From: a virus
Direction: 5' to 3' (one strand)
Length of the DNA stretch: 64,000 bases
Virus record (IMG/VR): IMGVR_UViG_3300025929_000013
Location: 44,848 to 108,847 of that record
How positions within the stretch are numbered: the stretch's first letter is position 1; each line of letters begins with the position of its first letter. Shown piece by piece: positions 8,267 through 17,348 of this stretch. A program made the translations under genes and the position numbers. The notes below the pieces were generated by a model. The model was not told the origin of the DNA, did no database searches, and saw nothing but the letters and a program-made list of their open reading frames with translations.

Positions 8267-9171
8267 GTGAGGGCCTCGCAGTCGCGGCACGCGCCGGGGA
8301 AGCGGCACGCCGGATCGGGTCCGACGCCGTCCAGAGCCAGCTTGATCTGCGCGGCGCCGGTCAGGATCGGTTTGATCAAGCTCTTGTCGTACTTGACGGA
8401 GAATTCCTTCGCGTCCTGCGACAGCTTGGAGTCGTAGAGGTAGACCATGCGGTCGACCGGGATTCCCATGGTGCGCGCGAGGTAGAGGTAGATCTGGCCC
8501 TGGCGCAGGTGCGCGACGAACGGCTTGTGGATCGCGTCCCACAGGCCCTTGAGGTCCAGGACCGTGCCGCGGGGGGTGTCGTAGGTGTGCCGCTCCAGCA
8601 GGGCGGGGTCGGCGTAGCGCACGGTGCCCTCGCCGACCGTCTTGATCTCCACCAGGCAGTGGCGCTCGGGCACGTATCCGTCGGTGCGCCCCTCGATCAT
8701 CAGGTCGGGGTCTTGCAGGGGCAGCTCGTCGTAGACCAGCAGCGCGCTGCCGCAGTCGCACCATTTCGGGGCGCGCGCGTAGAAGCGCGACTCGCACGCC
8801 AGGCAGCGCCAGTAGCCCTCCAGCAGGCTCATCTGGGTCATCCAGCGCTGCCAGCGGGCGTGCGCGTCGTGTCCGTAGGTGAAGACGGCCTCGCGGGAGA
8901 AGGTCTGGCGCTCGCGGGTGCTCACGCTGCCGCGCAGACGCTCAAGGTTGGCGCGGGGGCACCAGCCGGTGCGGCAGATGTCGCTGGGATGTAGAGCGTG
9001 AGGGTTGCGCTCGGGGTCGGGCTTGCGGGCCGCGTCGAGGACGTGGGCGCGGATGTCGGCGAGCAGGACGGTGGGGATTTTTCGGTTGGCGAGAAGCTCG
9101 GCGAGGCCGCGGGCGCCCCCCGTCGGCGCCGCTTTCGCCGTGTTGGTGCGGTGGGGGGTCGCCATTGCCAT
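8263..9171 (-). CDS. Cas4-like PD-(D/E)XK exonuclease
   Basis: HPSDIC..CPR, G..H, IEGRTDG, VEIKT, QGQIY and C-terminal C..CxxC. Confidence 0.85.
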   Translation of the reverse strand: MAMATPHRTNTAKAAPTGGARGLAELLANRKIPTVLLADIRAHVLDAARKPDPERNPHALHPSDICRTGWCPRANLERLRGSVSTRERQTFSREAVFTYGHDAHARWQRWMTQMSLLEGYWRCLACESRFYARAPKWCDCGSALLVYDELPLQDPDLMIEGRTDGYVPERHCLVEIKTVGEGTVRYADPALLERHTYDTPRGTVLDLKGLWDAIHKPFVAHLRQGQIYLYLARTMGIPVDRMVYLYDSKLSQDAKEFSVKYDKSLIKPILTGAAQIKLALDGVGPDPACRFPGACRDCEALT

Positions 9172-9464
9172 TTCTCCGGCTCGTCGGGGTTCTCGCGTTT
9201 GATCGCCTTGCGGTCGTGCTGCTGGAGCCCGCCCCACACACCCCAGGACTCGTTGTTGAGGATCGCTCGCTTCAGGCAGCGCTGGCGCATGGGGCACACC
9301 GGGCCGCCGGAGTCGCCGTTGCAGATCGCCATGGCCTGGGGGGCGGAGTCGAACCAGGGGTCCGCGCCGAAACGGGGGCGAGGGAATTTGCGGCACAGGG
9401 CCTCGCGCAGCGGGTCGTCGCCGCGCGACCAGTCCACCGCGCGATCCCTGGACATCAACACCAT
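8922..9464 (-). CDS. whiB: WhiB-family Fe-S transcription factor
   Basis: ALC...DPWF...AIC...CPMRQRCL...WGVWGGL; C-terminal extension overlaps the next gene. Confidence 0.85.
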   Translation of the reverse strand: MVLMSRDRAVDWSRGDDPLREALCRKFPRPRFGADPWFDSAPQAMAICNGDSGGPVCPMRQRCLKRAILNNESWGVWGGLQQHDRKAIKRENPDEPEKWQWRPPTAPTRRKRRRRGAPAASPSFSPTEKSPPSCSPTSAPTSSTRPASPTPSATLTLYIPATSAAPAGAPAPTLSVCAAA

Positions 9465-9772
9465 TACCCGCCCCCTGTCAGTTCGAGGAAGTGGTCCTTG
9501 GTGATCACCGCGTACTCGCGGCCCGCGAGGTCGACCATGACCACCGGCTCGCGCCCGTCGAGCAGCGCCTGGCGCTCGACCGTCTCCAGCACGTCGCGGC
9601 GCAGGCTGAAGCTGCGCGACGCGGTCGTCTTGTACTCGAAGGAGTGGTAGCGGTTGCGCGCGTCGTTCTTCGCGACCCAGCCGTTGCCGGAGCCGGGCGT
9701 CAGGGTGCTGCCGGTCTCGCGGGCGCCGTTGCGCTCCTGCTTGCGGCTGCGCCGCTGTCCCGGGGTGCTCAT
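9464..9772 (-). CDS. Hjc-like PD-(D/E)XK resolvase/endonuclease
   Basis: RKQE...PGSGNGW.KND...FEYKTT motif; ATG 9772. Confidence 0.7.
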   Translation of the reverse strand: MSTPGQRRSRKQERNGARETGSTLTPGSGNGWVAKNDARNRYHSFEYKTTASRSFSLRRDVLETVERQALLDGREPVVMVDLAGREYAVITKDHFLELTGGG

Positions 9773-10086
9773 GCCTCGATCCACTTTCCGCCGGTGATCC
9801 AGCCGTGGTTGCCGCAGTGCGGGCACAGCAGCGAGGGCACGACCGTGAGCGGGTCCTGGCACACCAGCTCGTGCTTGGAGCGCGCCAGGTGCCCGGGGAC
9901 GTTGGTGAACCCGATCCACCCGCCGCACCAGTGCTCGTCGGCGGCGTTCCAGTGCCAGGTCATCAGGCCGACGCGGGCGGCGGTGCCGGACTGGGTCTCC
10001 CAGTCGGCGTACTGATCGTCCCCGAGCGGAAAGACGCTCTCGTTGCCGGGCCATGTGGTCGGCGGCGTGTCGTGTTCCCTGATCAT
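9769..10086 (-). CDS. hypothetical protein, DUF6527-like Cys/His domain
   Basis: LTVVPSLLCPHCGNHGWITGGKW motif; ATG 10086. Confidence 0.55.
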   Translation of the reverse strand: MIREHDTPPTTWPGNESVFPLGDDQYADWETQSGTAARVGLMTWHWNAADEHWCGGWIGFTNVPGHLARSKHELVCQDPLTVVPSLLCPHCGNHGWITGGKWIEA

Positions 10087-10472
10087 CGCGCCACCGCCTC
10101 GGGTGCGTCGGCCGCGGTCAGGTGCACCGGGCGCAGGCCGTCGGGGTGGTCGGTCAGGGTGTCGCGTGCGATGCGCAGCCCGTCCTGGTAGGCGCTCCAG
10201 CGCTGTCCCAGGCCCGGATCGGCGCGCTCCATCTCGGCGTAGCGCCCGGCGGCCTCGTACTCCCGGCACAGCGCGGTGACCGCGCCGTGGTAGCGCGAGC
10301 GCAGCGCCTGGAGCTCGTCGACCAGATAGCCGATCTCGTCGTTGTCGTGGCTCCAGCCGCGTTCGGCGTCCAGCAGCGCGGTGACGACCTCGGCCAGCGA
10401 CGGGTACGCGGGCGAATCCGGGGAGGTGTTGCGCAGGCGGTAGGTCAGGCGGCGCAGGTCGTTCAGGCTCAT
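10083..10472 (-). CDS. hypothetical protein
   Basis: ATG 10472 overlaps the upstream stop. Confidence 0.7.
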   Translation of the reverse strand: MSLNDLRRLTYRLRNTSPDSPAYPSLAEVVTALLDAERGWSHDNDEIGYLVDELQALRSRYHGAVTALCREYEAAGRYAEMERADPGLGQRWSAYQDGLRIARDTLTDHPDGLRPVHLTAADAPEAVAR

Positions 10473-10759
10473 CGCGCGCCCCCCGTGCAGCGCGGGTCGT
10501 TCGCGACCACCGCGATGCCGCCGTAGGGGCTGTCGTTGTGGTAAATGGTGTACACCATGTCGGGGCCGTCGCATTTGCGCGACCAGTTGCTAAAGCCGTC
10601 GGGCATGTTGCCGACGGTCGCCGGGCTGTCGTTCTGCACGCGGGTGCGCTGGGCGTCGTTGTACGGCTGCTGTGCCTTGTTCGAGCAGGCGACCGCGGTC
10701 GACAGGACGGTGCACACGACGCCGATCGCGCCGACAATGAGCGTGGTCTTGGGGATCAT
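10469..10759 (-). CDS. putative lipoprotein
   Basis: Hydrophobic signal ending in lipobox-like AVAC, followed by a polar domain. Confidence 0.7.
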   Translation of the reverse strand: MIPKTTLIVGAIGVVCTVLSTAVACSNKAQQPYNDAQRTRVQNDSPATVGNMPDGFSNWSRKCDGPDMVYTIYHNDSPYGGIAVVANDPRCTGGAR

Positions 10760-11799
10760 CGGGTTCCCTCCGGGAAGGCGCGGGTCAGGATCTGCTTGCG
10801 CAGCTGCTCCTGGGCGGTCAGGTCGCCGCGCAGCAGGTCGACGAGCGCGTCCTTGCCCTTCACCCGTACACCGGTGACCGTGTAGTAGGCCCCGGACCGC
10901 TCGATCGCCTCGTAGAGCACGCCCATGGTCACCAGCTCCTTGACCTCGTCGTACTCGCCCTGGCGAAAGCCCAGCAGCGGGGCGTCATCGAAATAAAAAT
11001 CGATGGTTGCGATGCGGTGCGGCGCCGCGCTCTTGTTCTTGATCGTCCTGGCTTTGATCGTCTGGCCGACACGGGCGGCGCCCTTGCCGGGGCGCGTCTC
11101 GTCGATGTACTCCGCCCGCGCCACCTCGACCCGCGCGTAATACGCGTAGTTCTTTGCGTTTCCGCCCGGTGATGTACGGGGGGTGCCCTGGGGGGAGTAG
11201 CCGCCGATCTTGTCGCGCCACTGGTTGATGATCAGCCCGAGCAGCGGGCGCTCCGTGCCGGTCATGGCCCTGGCCGTGGATGTTCCGGCCTTGCGAAAGA
11301 ATTTCCCGGTCAGGCGCGCGCCGAGGGCCACCTGGAGCTCGTCGATGCCCTTCTCCTCCTCCTGGTCGGGGATCAGGGCGGGGTAGGAGTCCAGGACGAT
11401 GGTGTCCACGGCGCGGGAGGCGGCGGCCTCCAGCATCGCCGAGTAGGCCTCTTCCATCGAGTTGGTGGGGTGCAGCAGGACCCTGTGGTTGTCCACGCCG
11501 AGAGCGGCGGCCCAGGCCTCGTCGTATCCCTCGGCGGCGACCCACCAGCAGGTGAATGCGGGGTCGACGCGCTGGTTCTCGGCGATGGTCTTGAGGACGA
11601 CGGCGGTCTTGCCGGAGCTTTCCTGGCCGATGACCTCGGTCCACTGGTTGCCCGGCCAGCCGCCGCCCAGGGCGATGTCCAGGGACAGGGAGCCGCTGGG
11701 GAAGCGGGGGGCCGCGGGGACGTCGGCGGCCAGGACGAGGGTGTTCTCGCCGTACTTCTTGTTGATCTTCGCGATCAGAGCGGTGACGACCGGGTCCAT
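10756..11799 (-). CDS. recA: RecA/UvsX-like recombinase
   Basis: SGSLSLDIALGGG, GQESSGKT, IVLDS, IINQWRDKIG, PGGNA and KNK motifs. Confidence 0.93.
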   Translation of the reverse strand: MDPVVTALIAKINKKYGENTLVLAADVPAAPRFPSGSLSLDIALGGGWPGNQWTEVIGQESSGKTAVVLKTIAENQRVDPAFTCWWVAAEGYDEAWAAALGVDNHRVLLHPTNSMEEAYSAMLEAAASRAVDTIVLDSYPALIPDQEEEKGIDELQVALGARLTGKFFRKAGTSTARAMTGTERPLLGLIINQWRDKIGGYSPQGTPRTSPGGNAKNYAYYARVEVARAEYIDETRPGKGAARVGQTIKARTIKNKSAAPHRIATIDFYFDDAPLLGFRQGEYDEVKELVTMGVLYEAIERSGAYYTVTGVRVKGKDALVDLLRGDLTAQEQLRKQILTRAFPEGTR

Positions 11800-11906
11800 G
11801 CCTTCTCCGAATCAGAGTTCGAGGAAGGCGTTTCGGCTGCGTACAGGGCCGACGATCCCGGTGTTACGATGCGCTGCGACGATAGTGTACTGCGCCGGGG
11901 GCTAGT

Positions 11907-12290
11907 TCACTTGATCCGGCCGATGATCTGTTGCGGCCGGTAGCCGCCCTCCTTGTTGACCTGCCGGGAGGGCGTGGCGGCGGTGCGGTCGGTGGAGACC
12001 ATGCCGGAGGTCGTGTGCAGCACCGGGTAGCCGCAGGTGTAGCAGCGCGGTTTGGTCTCCGGGGTGGGCTTGAAGTAGTCGCCGGAGGTGCACGCCGGGC
12101 AGCGGTCGACCAGGCTCGCGGACTGCGCCTGGCGCGGCGCCGGAGGGGGCTCCTCGCTCTGCTGCGGCACCGGCGCAGCGGGCGCTGGCGGGGCGAGTGG
12201 GCGCGGCGCCCACCAGGCGTCGAGCGGGGCCTGGTCGCGCGCGGGTGCGGGCGGGGTGGCGGCGCCGACGGCGCGTTCCCAGAAGCCCAT
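11907..12290 (-). CDS. zinc-ribbon protein
   Basis: ATG 12290 (MGFWER) after AAGGAGG; CPAC...CYTCGYP. Confidence 0.75.
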   Translation of the reverse strand: MGFWERAVGAATPPAPARDQAPLDAWWAPRPLAPPAPAAPVPQQSEEPPPAPRQAQSASLVDRCPACTSGDYFKPTPETKPRCYTCGYPVLHTTSGMVSTDRTAATPSRQVNKEGGYRPQQIIGRIK

Positions 12291-12454
12291 CAGGTTCCCT
12301 CCTTCTCGCGTTCGCCCTCCACGGGCCTGGTGTCGAAGAATCCTGCATCGCAGTACTCGCCACCGCCGCGAGGGAAATGGCAGGACAGGAATCCGTTCTT
12401 CTTGATCGGCGTGGACTGCCCGCACAGGGGACAAGTGCCTCGGGGGCGCCTCAT
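12290..12454 (-). CDS. 54-aa Cys/His protein
   Basis: Below cutoff: MRRPRGTCPLCGQSTPIKKNGFLSCHFPRGGGEYC...; TGATG overlaps on both sides. Confidence 0.65.
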   Translation of the reverse strand: MRRPRGTCPLCGQSTPIKKNGFLSCHFPRGGGEYCDAGFFDTRPVEGEREKEGT

Positions 12455-12804
12455 CACTCGCCCCACGCGACCCAGTCGTCCAGCAGGGAGATGCGGCGCA
12501 GCCGCTCATACTTCTCGGCGGTGCTGTGCCCGTCCCACACGGCATCGGCGTTGTGGCGCACGTGGACGAACAGTGGCCAGTCGGCGGGTGCGATGTGCCA
12601 GGTGAGCTGGCCCGCGGGGCTGTAGACGTACACCACGCGCCAGCCGGGGTTGTCCGCGTCGTCGGCCCATTCGCTGGGCCAGCCGCGGGTGAGCAGGGCG
12701 ACGAGTTCGGCGCGTTCGCGGTAGACGGCGTTGAGAGAGGCCAGGGCCTTGTTGCGCTCGGCCTCAAGCTTCGTGAGCTGCACGTAGGCTTCGGGGATGT
12801 CCAT
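12454..12804 (-). CDS. hypothetical phage protein
   Basis: YRER...PAGQLTWHI...WDGHST.EKYERL, a motif seen in small phage proteins. Confidence 0.8.
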   Translation of the reverse strand: MDIPEAYVQLTKLEAERNKALASLNAVYRERAELVALLTRGWPSEWADDADNPGWRVVYVYSPAGQLTWHIAPADWPLFVHVRHNADAVWDGHSTAEKYERLRRISLLDDWVAWGE

Positions 12805-12805
12805 C

Positions 12806-13099
12806 TCAATCCCATTCCACCGTGTGGTCGTCGATGGTTGTGATGTGCCGCTCCTGCGGCGGATGCCCGAGGGTGCGCACGCAGCGGTGCTCGCGGAAGC
12901 CGTGGGCGTCGTGGGAGCGCAGCTGCACCTCGCAGATCTCGCGCGTCGGTTTGATCCGGAACTCGACGTCGGTGATCCTGTTGGTGCCGTAGCCGATGTG
13001 CACCCCGGCGTCCTCGTCCACGTCCATCCACTGGTGGGTGTGGCCGTTCTTGCCGAGCGTGTAGCGCCACTGATAGACGACCGGCGGTTCGTCGCTCAC
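12806..13099 (-). CDS. hypothetical protein
   Basis: Packed ORF; AAGGAG before GTG. Confidence 0.7.
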   Translation of the reverse strand: MSDEPPVVYQWRYTLGKNGHTHQWMDVDEDAGVHIGYGTNRITDVEFRIKPTREICEVQLRSHDAHGFREHRCVRTLGHPPQERHITTIDDHTVEWD

Positions 13100-13272
13100 G
13101 AGGTCAGCTCCTTGCGCAGCTTCGCCGTGATCTCGGCCAGCAGCTTCCAGGCCATGTCGCGCTGCTGCTCGGTGACGTCCTCGCGCCGCTGGTACTCCAT
13201 CAGGGCGTCGCGCAGCACGCGCGTCTCCTCGATGTCCGGCAAGATCTGGATGTAACGCCGTCTAGGGTGCAT
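13096..13272 (-). CDS. hypothetical 58-aa protein
   Basis: ATG 13272 after GGAG. Confidence 0.6.
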   Translation of the reverse strand: MHPRRRYIQILPDIEETRVLRDALMEYQRREDVTEQQRDMAWKLLAEITAKLRKELTS

Positions 13273-13283
13273 GGGTTCTCCGG

Positions 13284-15218
13284 TTATTTCGCTTCGGCCC
13301 AGCTGTCGCAGACGACGAGGTCGCTGGTCAGGGGCAAGTTGATCAGTTTCTGGATGTCGGGGCCGAGCATCGCCTCGCGCACGATCGCGGCGCATTCCTC
13401 GGCCAGCGGGGCGGGGGTCTCGGTGACCAGCTCGTCGTGCACGGTCAGCACCAGGCGCATCCCGGAGTGCAGCTGCCGGTGCAGGCGCACCATGGCGAGC
13501 TTGATCAGGTCCCCAGCGGAGCCCTGGATCAGGGAGTTGACGGCCTGGCGTTCGGCCAGGGCGCGCAGCTCGCTGTTGCGATAGCGGATCTCCGGCAGGC
13601 GCCGGTGGCGCCCGAGCAGGGTCACGATGTGCGGGTCCGGACGCGAGCGGCAGGTGCGGATCACGCTCTCGCGGAACCTGTAGATCTCCGGGAACTGGCG
13701 GCGGTGCACTTCGAGCACGCGCTTGGCCTCGGCGAGGGGGATCTTCGCCATCGCGGCCACGCGCGCGGGTCCGGCGCCGAACACGATCGCGAAGGCGATG
13801 GCCTTGGCGACCTGGCGCATGTCCTTGGTGACCTGCTCGGCGGTGACGCCGAACACCTGCATCGCGGTCGCCGTGTGCGCGTCGATGCCCGCCCAGAAAC
13901 CCTCGTACAGGGCCCCCATCCCGAGGTAGTGAGCGAGGATGCGCAGCTCGATCTGGCCGTAGTCGGCAACCACCAGGCGGTAGCCCTCGGTCGCGGTGAA
14001 CAGGGAGCGCACCTGTCTGGCCAGCTTCTCCCCGGGACGCGGCACGTTCTGGAGGTTCGGGTCGCGCGAGGAGAATCTGCCGGTGCGCGTCCCATACTGC
14101 ACGAAATCGGTGTGGATACGGTCATTGATGAGGACCCCGGGCTTGTCGTCGGTGCCGAGGTAGGAGCGCACGTAGGTGGTGTCGATCCGCTCCAGCTCCT
14201 GGTACGCCTCCAGGGCCTGCACGACCGGCTGGTCCGCGTAGGGCTCCAGGGCCTCGGAGCTGGTGGAGTAGTCGCTGATGGTCAGCTTCGCGCCGAGTTT
14301 CGCCTTGGCCTCGCCGCCCTTGGTGGGCAGCAGGGGTTTAAGGCCCAGGCCTCCTTCGGCGGGCTTGGCGTAGAGCAGCTGCTGTTTCTGCGGCACGCTG
14401 TTCAGGTTGAAGATTCTTCCGGCGGCGGCGTAGAGGTTCTCGCGGGCGTTGTCCAGTACCGGGGTGATCTCGTCGGCCAGTCTCTGAAGGGCCGCGGTGT
14501 CCACATGGGCGCCGTCGCGGCGCATGTGCGCGACGACTTCAAGGACCTGCATCTCCAGGTCCATCAGCTCGTCGAACCCCTGCGCGCTCAGTGCCTTGGC
14601 GACGCGGCGATAGAGCAGCCAGTCGTAGCGGGCGTCGAAGAACCCGTAGCGTCCGACGGCGGAGATGGAGTGGCGCTCGACCGCCTTGCCGGTCTCCTCG
14701 CGGTCGTAGGTCACCCCGTACGTATTGGTGATCAGGTCCTTGAGTCTCTTGGAGCGCAGGTTCTCGTCCAGGATCCAGACGCCCACGATGGTGTCGTGGT
14801 AGGGGGGCGCGGGGATCGCCGGGAGGTGCTTGGCGACGGAGACCAGGTCGATCGTGGCGTTGTGCGCGATCTTCGTGCGGCCGGACGCCATCAGGGGGGC
14901 CAGGGCCTCGAACACGCGCTCGCGTTCCAGCTGTTTGGGCGGGGCGTCCCAGAGCGGGGGGTGGGTGACGAATTTCCCGGTGGCGCGGTCCTTGCGGCGC
15001 ACCGCGGGGGCCAGCAGGGTGTCGCCGTTGGGGTGGCCGAACGGGATCGAGCAGGCGAACCCGTAGGTGGCCAGGGAGATCCAGGTGACCTCGTTGTAGA
15101 CCGGGTGCCCGCGCCTGGGGCCGGTGGACTCGATGTCGAACGCGAACGCGTCGGCGGCCTCAAGGCGCGCCACGGTGTCACGCAGTTGTTCTTCGGTGAG
15201 CACGAGCGCGGGGAACAC
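13284..15218 (-). CDS. polA: family A DNA polymerase (3'-5' exonuclease plus polymerase)
   Basis: FDIES exo I, TRTGRFSSRDPNLQN, DYGQIELRILAH (motif A), RQVAKAIAF (motif B), VHDEL (motif C). Confidence 0.95.
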   Translation of the reverse strand: MFPALVLTEEQLRDTVARLEAADAFAFDIESTGPRRGHPVYNEVTWISLATYGFACSIPFGHPNGDTLLAPAVRRKDRATGKFVTHPPLWDAPPKQLERERVFEALAPLMASGRTKIAHNATIDLVSVAKHLPAIPAPPYHDTIVGVWILDENLRSKRLKDLITNTYGVTYDREETGKAVERHSISAVGRYGFFDARYDWLLYRRVAKALSAQGFDELMDLEMQVLEVVAHMRRDGAHVDTAALQRLADEITPVLDNARENLYAAAGRIFNLNSVPQKQQLLYAKPAEGGLGLKPLLPTKGGEAKAKLGAKLTISDYSTSSEALEPYADQPVVQALEAYQELERIDTTYVRSYLGTDDKPGVLINDRIHTDFVQYGTRTGRFSSRDPNLQNVPRPGEKLARQVRSLFTATEGYRLVVADYGQIELRILAHYLGMGALYEGFWAGIDAHTATAMQVFGVTAEQVTKDMRQVAKAIAFAIVFGAGPARVAAMAKIPLAEAKRVLEVHRRQFPEIYRFRESVIRTCRSRPDPHIVTLLGRHRRLPEIRYRNSELRALAERQAVNSLIQGSAGDLIKLAMVRLHRQLHSGMRLVLTVHDELVTETPAPLAEECAAIVREAMLGPDIQKLINLPLTSDLVVCDSWAEAK

Positions 15219-15303
15219 GAGCGGACTCCGAGTGGTGTGGAGCGACGCCCCCGCCGGGGTGTGGATGCGGACACTCGTCCGGCGGGGGCGTCAGATCGGG
15301 GTG

Positions 15304-15987
15304 CTATTTGGTGAGCTCGGCGACCAGCTCGCGCAGCTCCTCGACGGTGGGGATGTCCTCGACCGAGGAGCCGATCTCGTAGGCCTGCGCGCGGAACTCG
15401 GCGAGCTGCTCGTCGCTCAGGGCGGTGATGTCCCAGTCGTCCTTCAGGTCGCGCATCTTGATGACCTCGGCCTGGTATTCGGTGTTGGTGCCCTTGCCGG
15501 TGGCGTGGATCGCGACGTACAGCCGGGGGTCGTCCAGGCCCTCGAACCGGCGGTCACCGGCGATGCCCTCCAGCTTGCGCGCCAGGCGTGCTCCGGCCTG
15601 GATGTATTCGAAGCTGGGGTTCTCCGGGTCCGCGAAGCTCACGACGTTGAAGCACACCGCCATGGCGGCGGGCTGGTCTCCGAACGGATCGCAGAGCGGA
15701 CAGTCGCCGGACAGGTGCCGGTAGCTCTTGCGCCCGGTCTTCTCGATCCAGTGGCTTCGATAGCTGTCGAACGGTTCGGCATCCAAGAACTTGACGACAA
15801 TCGGCTCTTCGCCGTCGGTGAATTTCAGGGGCCGCGCGAACCCGCCGCCCTCGGCCAGGGTGCTCTTCATCCCGCCCCATCCGCCGGATCCGCCGCCGCT
15901 GGGGCGCTTGGCGGGTGCGGTGTTACGGCGGCCCGGGGTCTCCTGCGGTTCAGCCTCGGGCAGTGCGCGGCGGCGCTTGGTTTCCAT
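15304..15987 (-). CDS. single-stranded DNA-binding protein (gp32-like)
   Basis: VVKFLD, HW, DCPLCD, TGKGTNTEY and acidic C-terminus; adjacent to polA. Confidence 0.7.
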   Translation of the reverse strand: METKRRRALPEAEPQETPGRRNTAPAKRPSGGGSGGWGGMKSTLAEGGGFARPLKFTDGEEPIVVKFLDAEPFDSYRSHWIEKTGRKSYRHLSGDCPLCDPFGDQPAAMAVCFNVVSFADPENPSFEYIQAGARLARKLEGIAGDRRFEGLDDPRLYVAIHATGKGTNTEYQAEVIKMRDLKDDWDITALSDEQLAEFRAQAYEIGSSVEDIPTVEELRELVAELTK

Positions 15988-16222
15988 GTGATCTCCTGCT
16001 CAGCGCGGGATGGGCGTGAAGCACCGAGTTGTCCTCGGTGGTAAGGCCCTGATAGCGCTCGCGTTCCGGCCGAAGCAGGCGATCGATGGCGTTGCGGAAG
16101 TACTCGACGGGGTCCACGTCCCCGTCTTCGAAGTCAGCTGTCACCGTGGCCGAATATTCGGCCCATTCATAGGAGCCCAGGTTCACGTGCTCGGTGACCG
16201 TGCGCGTGATCTGGATCTTCAC
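15950..16222 (-). CDS. hypothetical protein
   Basis: VNLGSYEW motif; packed. Confidence 0.7.
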   Translation of the reverse strand: MKIQITRTVTEHVNLGSYEWAEYSATVTADFEDGDVDPVEYFRNAIDRLLRPERERYQGLTTEDNSVLHAHPALSRRSHGNQAPPRTARG

Positions 16223-16704
16223 TGGTCCGCCTTGGCGGCCTGGGCCTCGGCGTTGGCGGTGCGCACGAACAGCTCGTAGATGCGCGCGCGGAAGTTGGTC
16301 TTGTGGATGTTGCGGCCGTGGGGGCTCAGGACCCCCTCCTCCCGCGCTATCTCGATCATCGCCTCGATCAGCGCGCGGGAATAAAGGCGCTGCCTTCCGC
16401 GCACGTCGGTGGACGGCGAGCGCCAGAAGGTGACCGGCAGGATGCCGTCCTGCTCCCAGCGCCGCACGGTGGTGACCTTGCGGTTAAGGGCCTTGGCCAA
16501 GGCGCCGATCGGAAAGAACTCGACCGTCTTGCCGCGCACCATGTACTTGCGCGGGTAGGAGTCCCAGCGCTCGCGGGAGGCGACGGGGGCGGCCAGCTCG
16601 GTCGGGCGCGAGGCCACGATCTGGCGGTTGGTGCCGGGGTACAGCCCGGTTTCCGGGTCGGGCGTGCGGATGAACGGGCCACCGGCGCAAGAGCTCTTGG
16701 TCAC
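16219..16704 (-). CDS. MerR-like HTH DNA-binding protein
   Basis: IGALAKALNRKVTTVRRWEQDGILP...RLYS; GTG 16704. Confidence 0.8.
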   Translation of the reverse strand: MTKSSCAGGPFIRTPDPETGLYPGTNRQIVASRPTELAAPVASRERWDSYPRKYMVRGKTVEFFPIGALAKALNRKVTTVRRWEQDGILPVTFWRSPSTDVRGRQRLYSRALIEAMIEIAREEGVLSPHGRNIHKTNFRARIYELFVRTANAEAQAAKADQ

Positions 16705-17165
16705 AGCGCCTCCGCCTCCGGCTTGAACGCCCAGCTGACCCGGGTGTCGAACAGGTCGTCGATCTCGCGCTCGGTCAGCAGGCCCTGCTGGTAGAGGACG
16801 TAGAGCTCGTCCTGATCGAAGGTGGGCCTCGCCGGGAACAGCCGACCGACCACGCCCTTGGCCATGGCCAGGGCCTCGGCGCGCTCCTCGTTGACCAGGC
16901 GTGAGACGCGCCGCTCGCGCTTGATGCCCTCGTAGCGGCGCCCGGCGTACTCGAAGGGGCGCCCGATCGCCAGGCGCAGGTGCCCGGACTCGTCGCTCTC
17001 GCCGTAGCGCTCGACGTCCGCGCTGATGTCGTCTCGCAATTGGTTGAGCTGGCTCGTGAGGCGGTCGACCTGGGCCTTGAGATAGACCCACATTTTCAGC
17101 TTCTCGGTAAGCTCCTTACCCGGCACCGTGCCGGGGTCGTCACACTGCATCACAGATGTCTCCAC
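16701..17165 (-). CDS. hypothetical protein (coiled-coil N-terminus)
   Basis: Protein-like ORF with high GC3. Confidence 0.75.
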   Translation of the reverse strand: METSVMQCDDPGTVPGKELTEKLKMWVYLKAQVDRLTSQLNQLRDDISADVERYGESDESGHLRLAIGRPFEYAGRRYEGIKRERRVSRLVNEERAEALAMAKGVVGRLFPARPTFDQDELYVLYQQGLLTEREIDDLFDTRVSWAFKPEAEAL

Positions 17166-17348
17166 GGTTGTATCCGCGCAGCCTGATAGAAGCGGTCTGA
17201 GAAGACCGTGCTGCTATCGGGGGAACTGCTAGCGACCGTAGGTCCACCCGGCCAAGAAGCCAAGGGTTGGCGCACTGCAAGTGACTATGGATTTGATGTG
17301 GTCAACTAATCGACCAATTGTTGGGGGGACGCACCCTCATCTGGACGT

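Noticed and set aside
8263-9171. CRISPR-Cas system suggested by the Cas4-like gene
   Set aside because: No repeat-spacer array or other cas genes; solo Cas4-like nucleases are common in phage recombination modules
13437-15314. Long plus-strand ORFs (also 26198-27655, 36352-37896, 40852-42738, 50228-51712)
   Set aside because: Antisense shadows of real minus-strand genes, expected at high GC3
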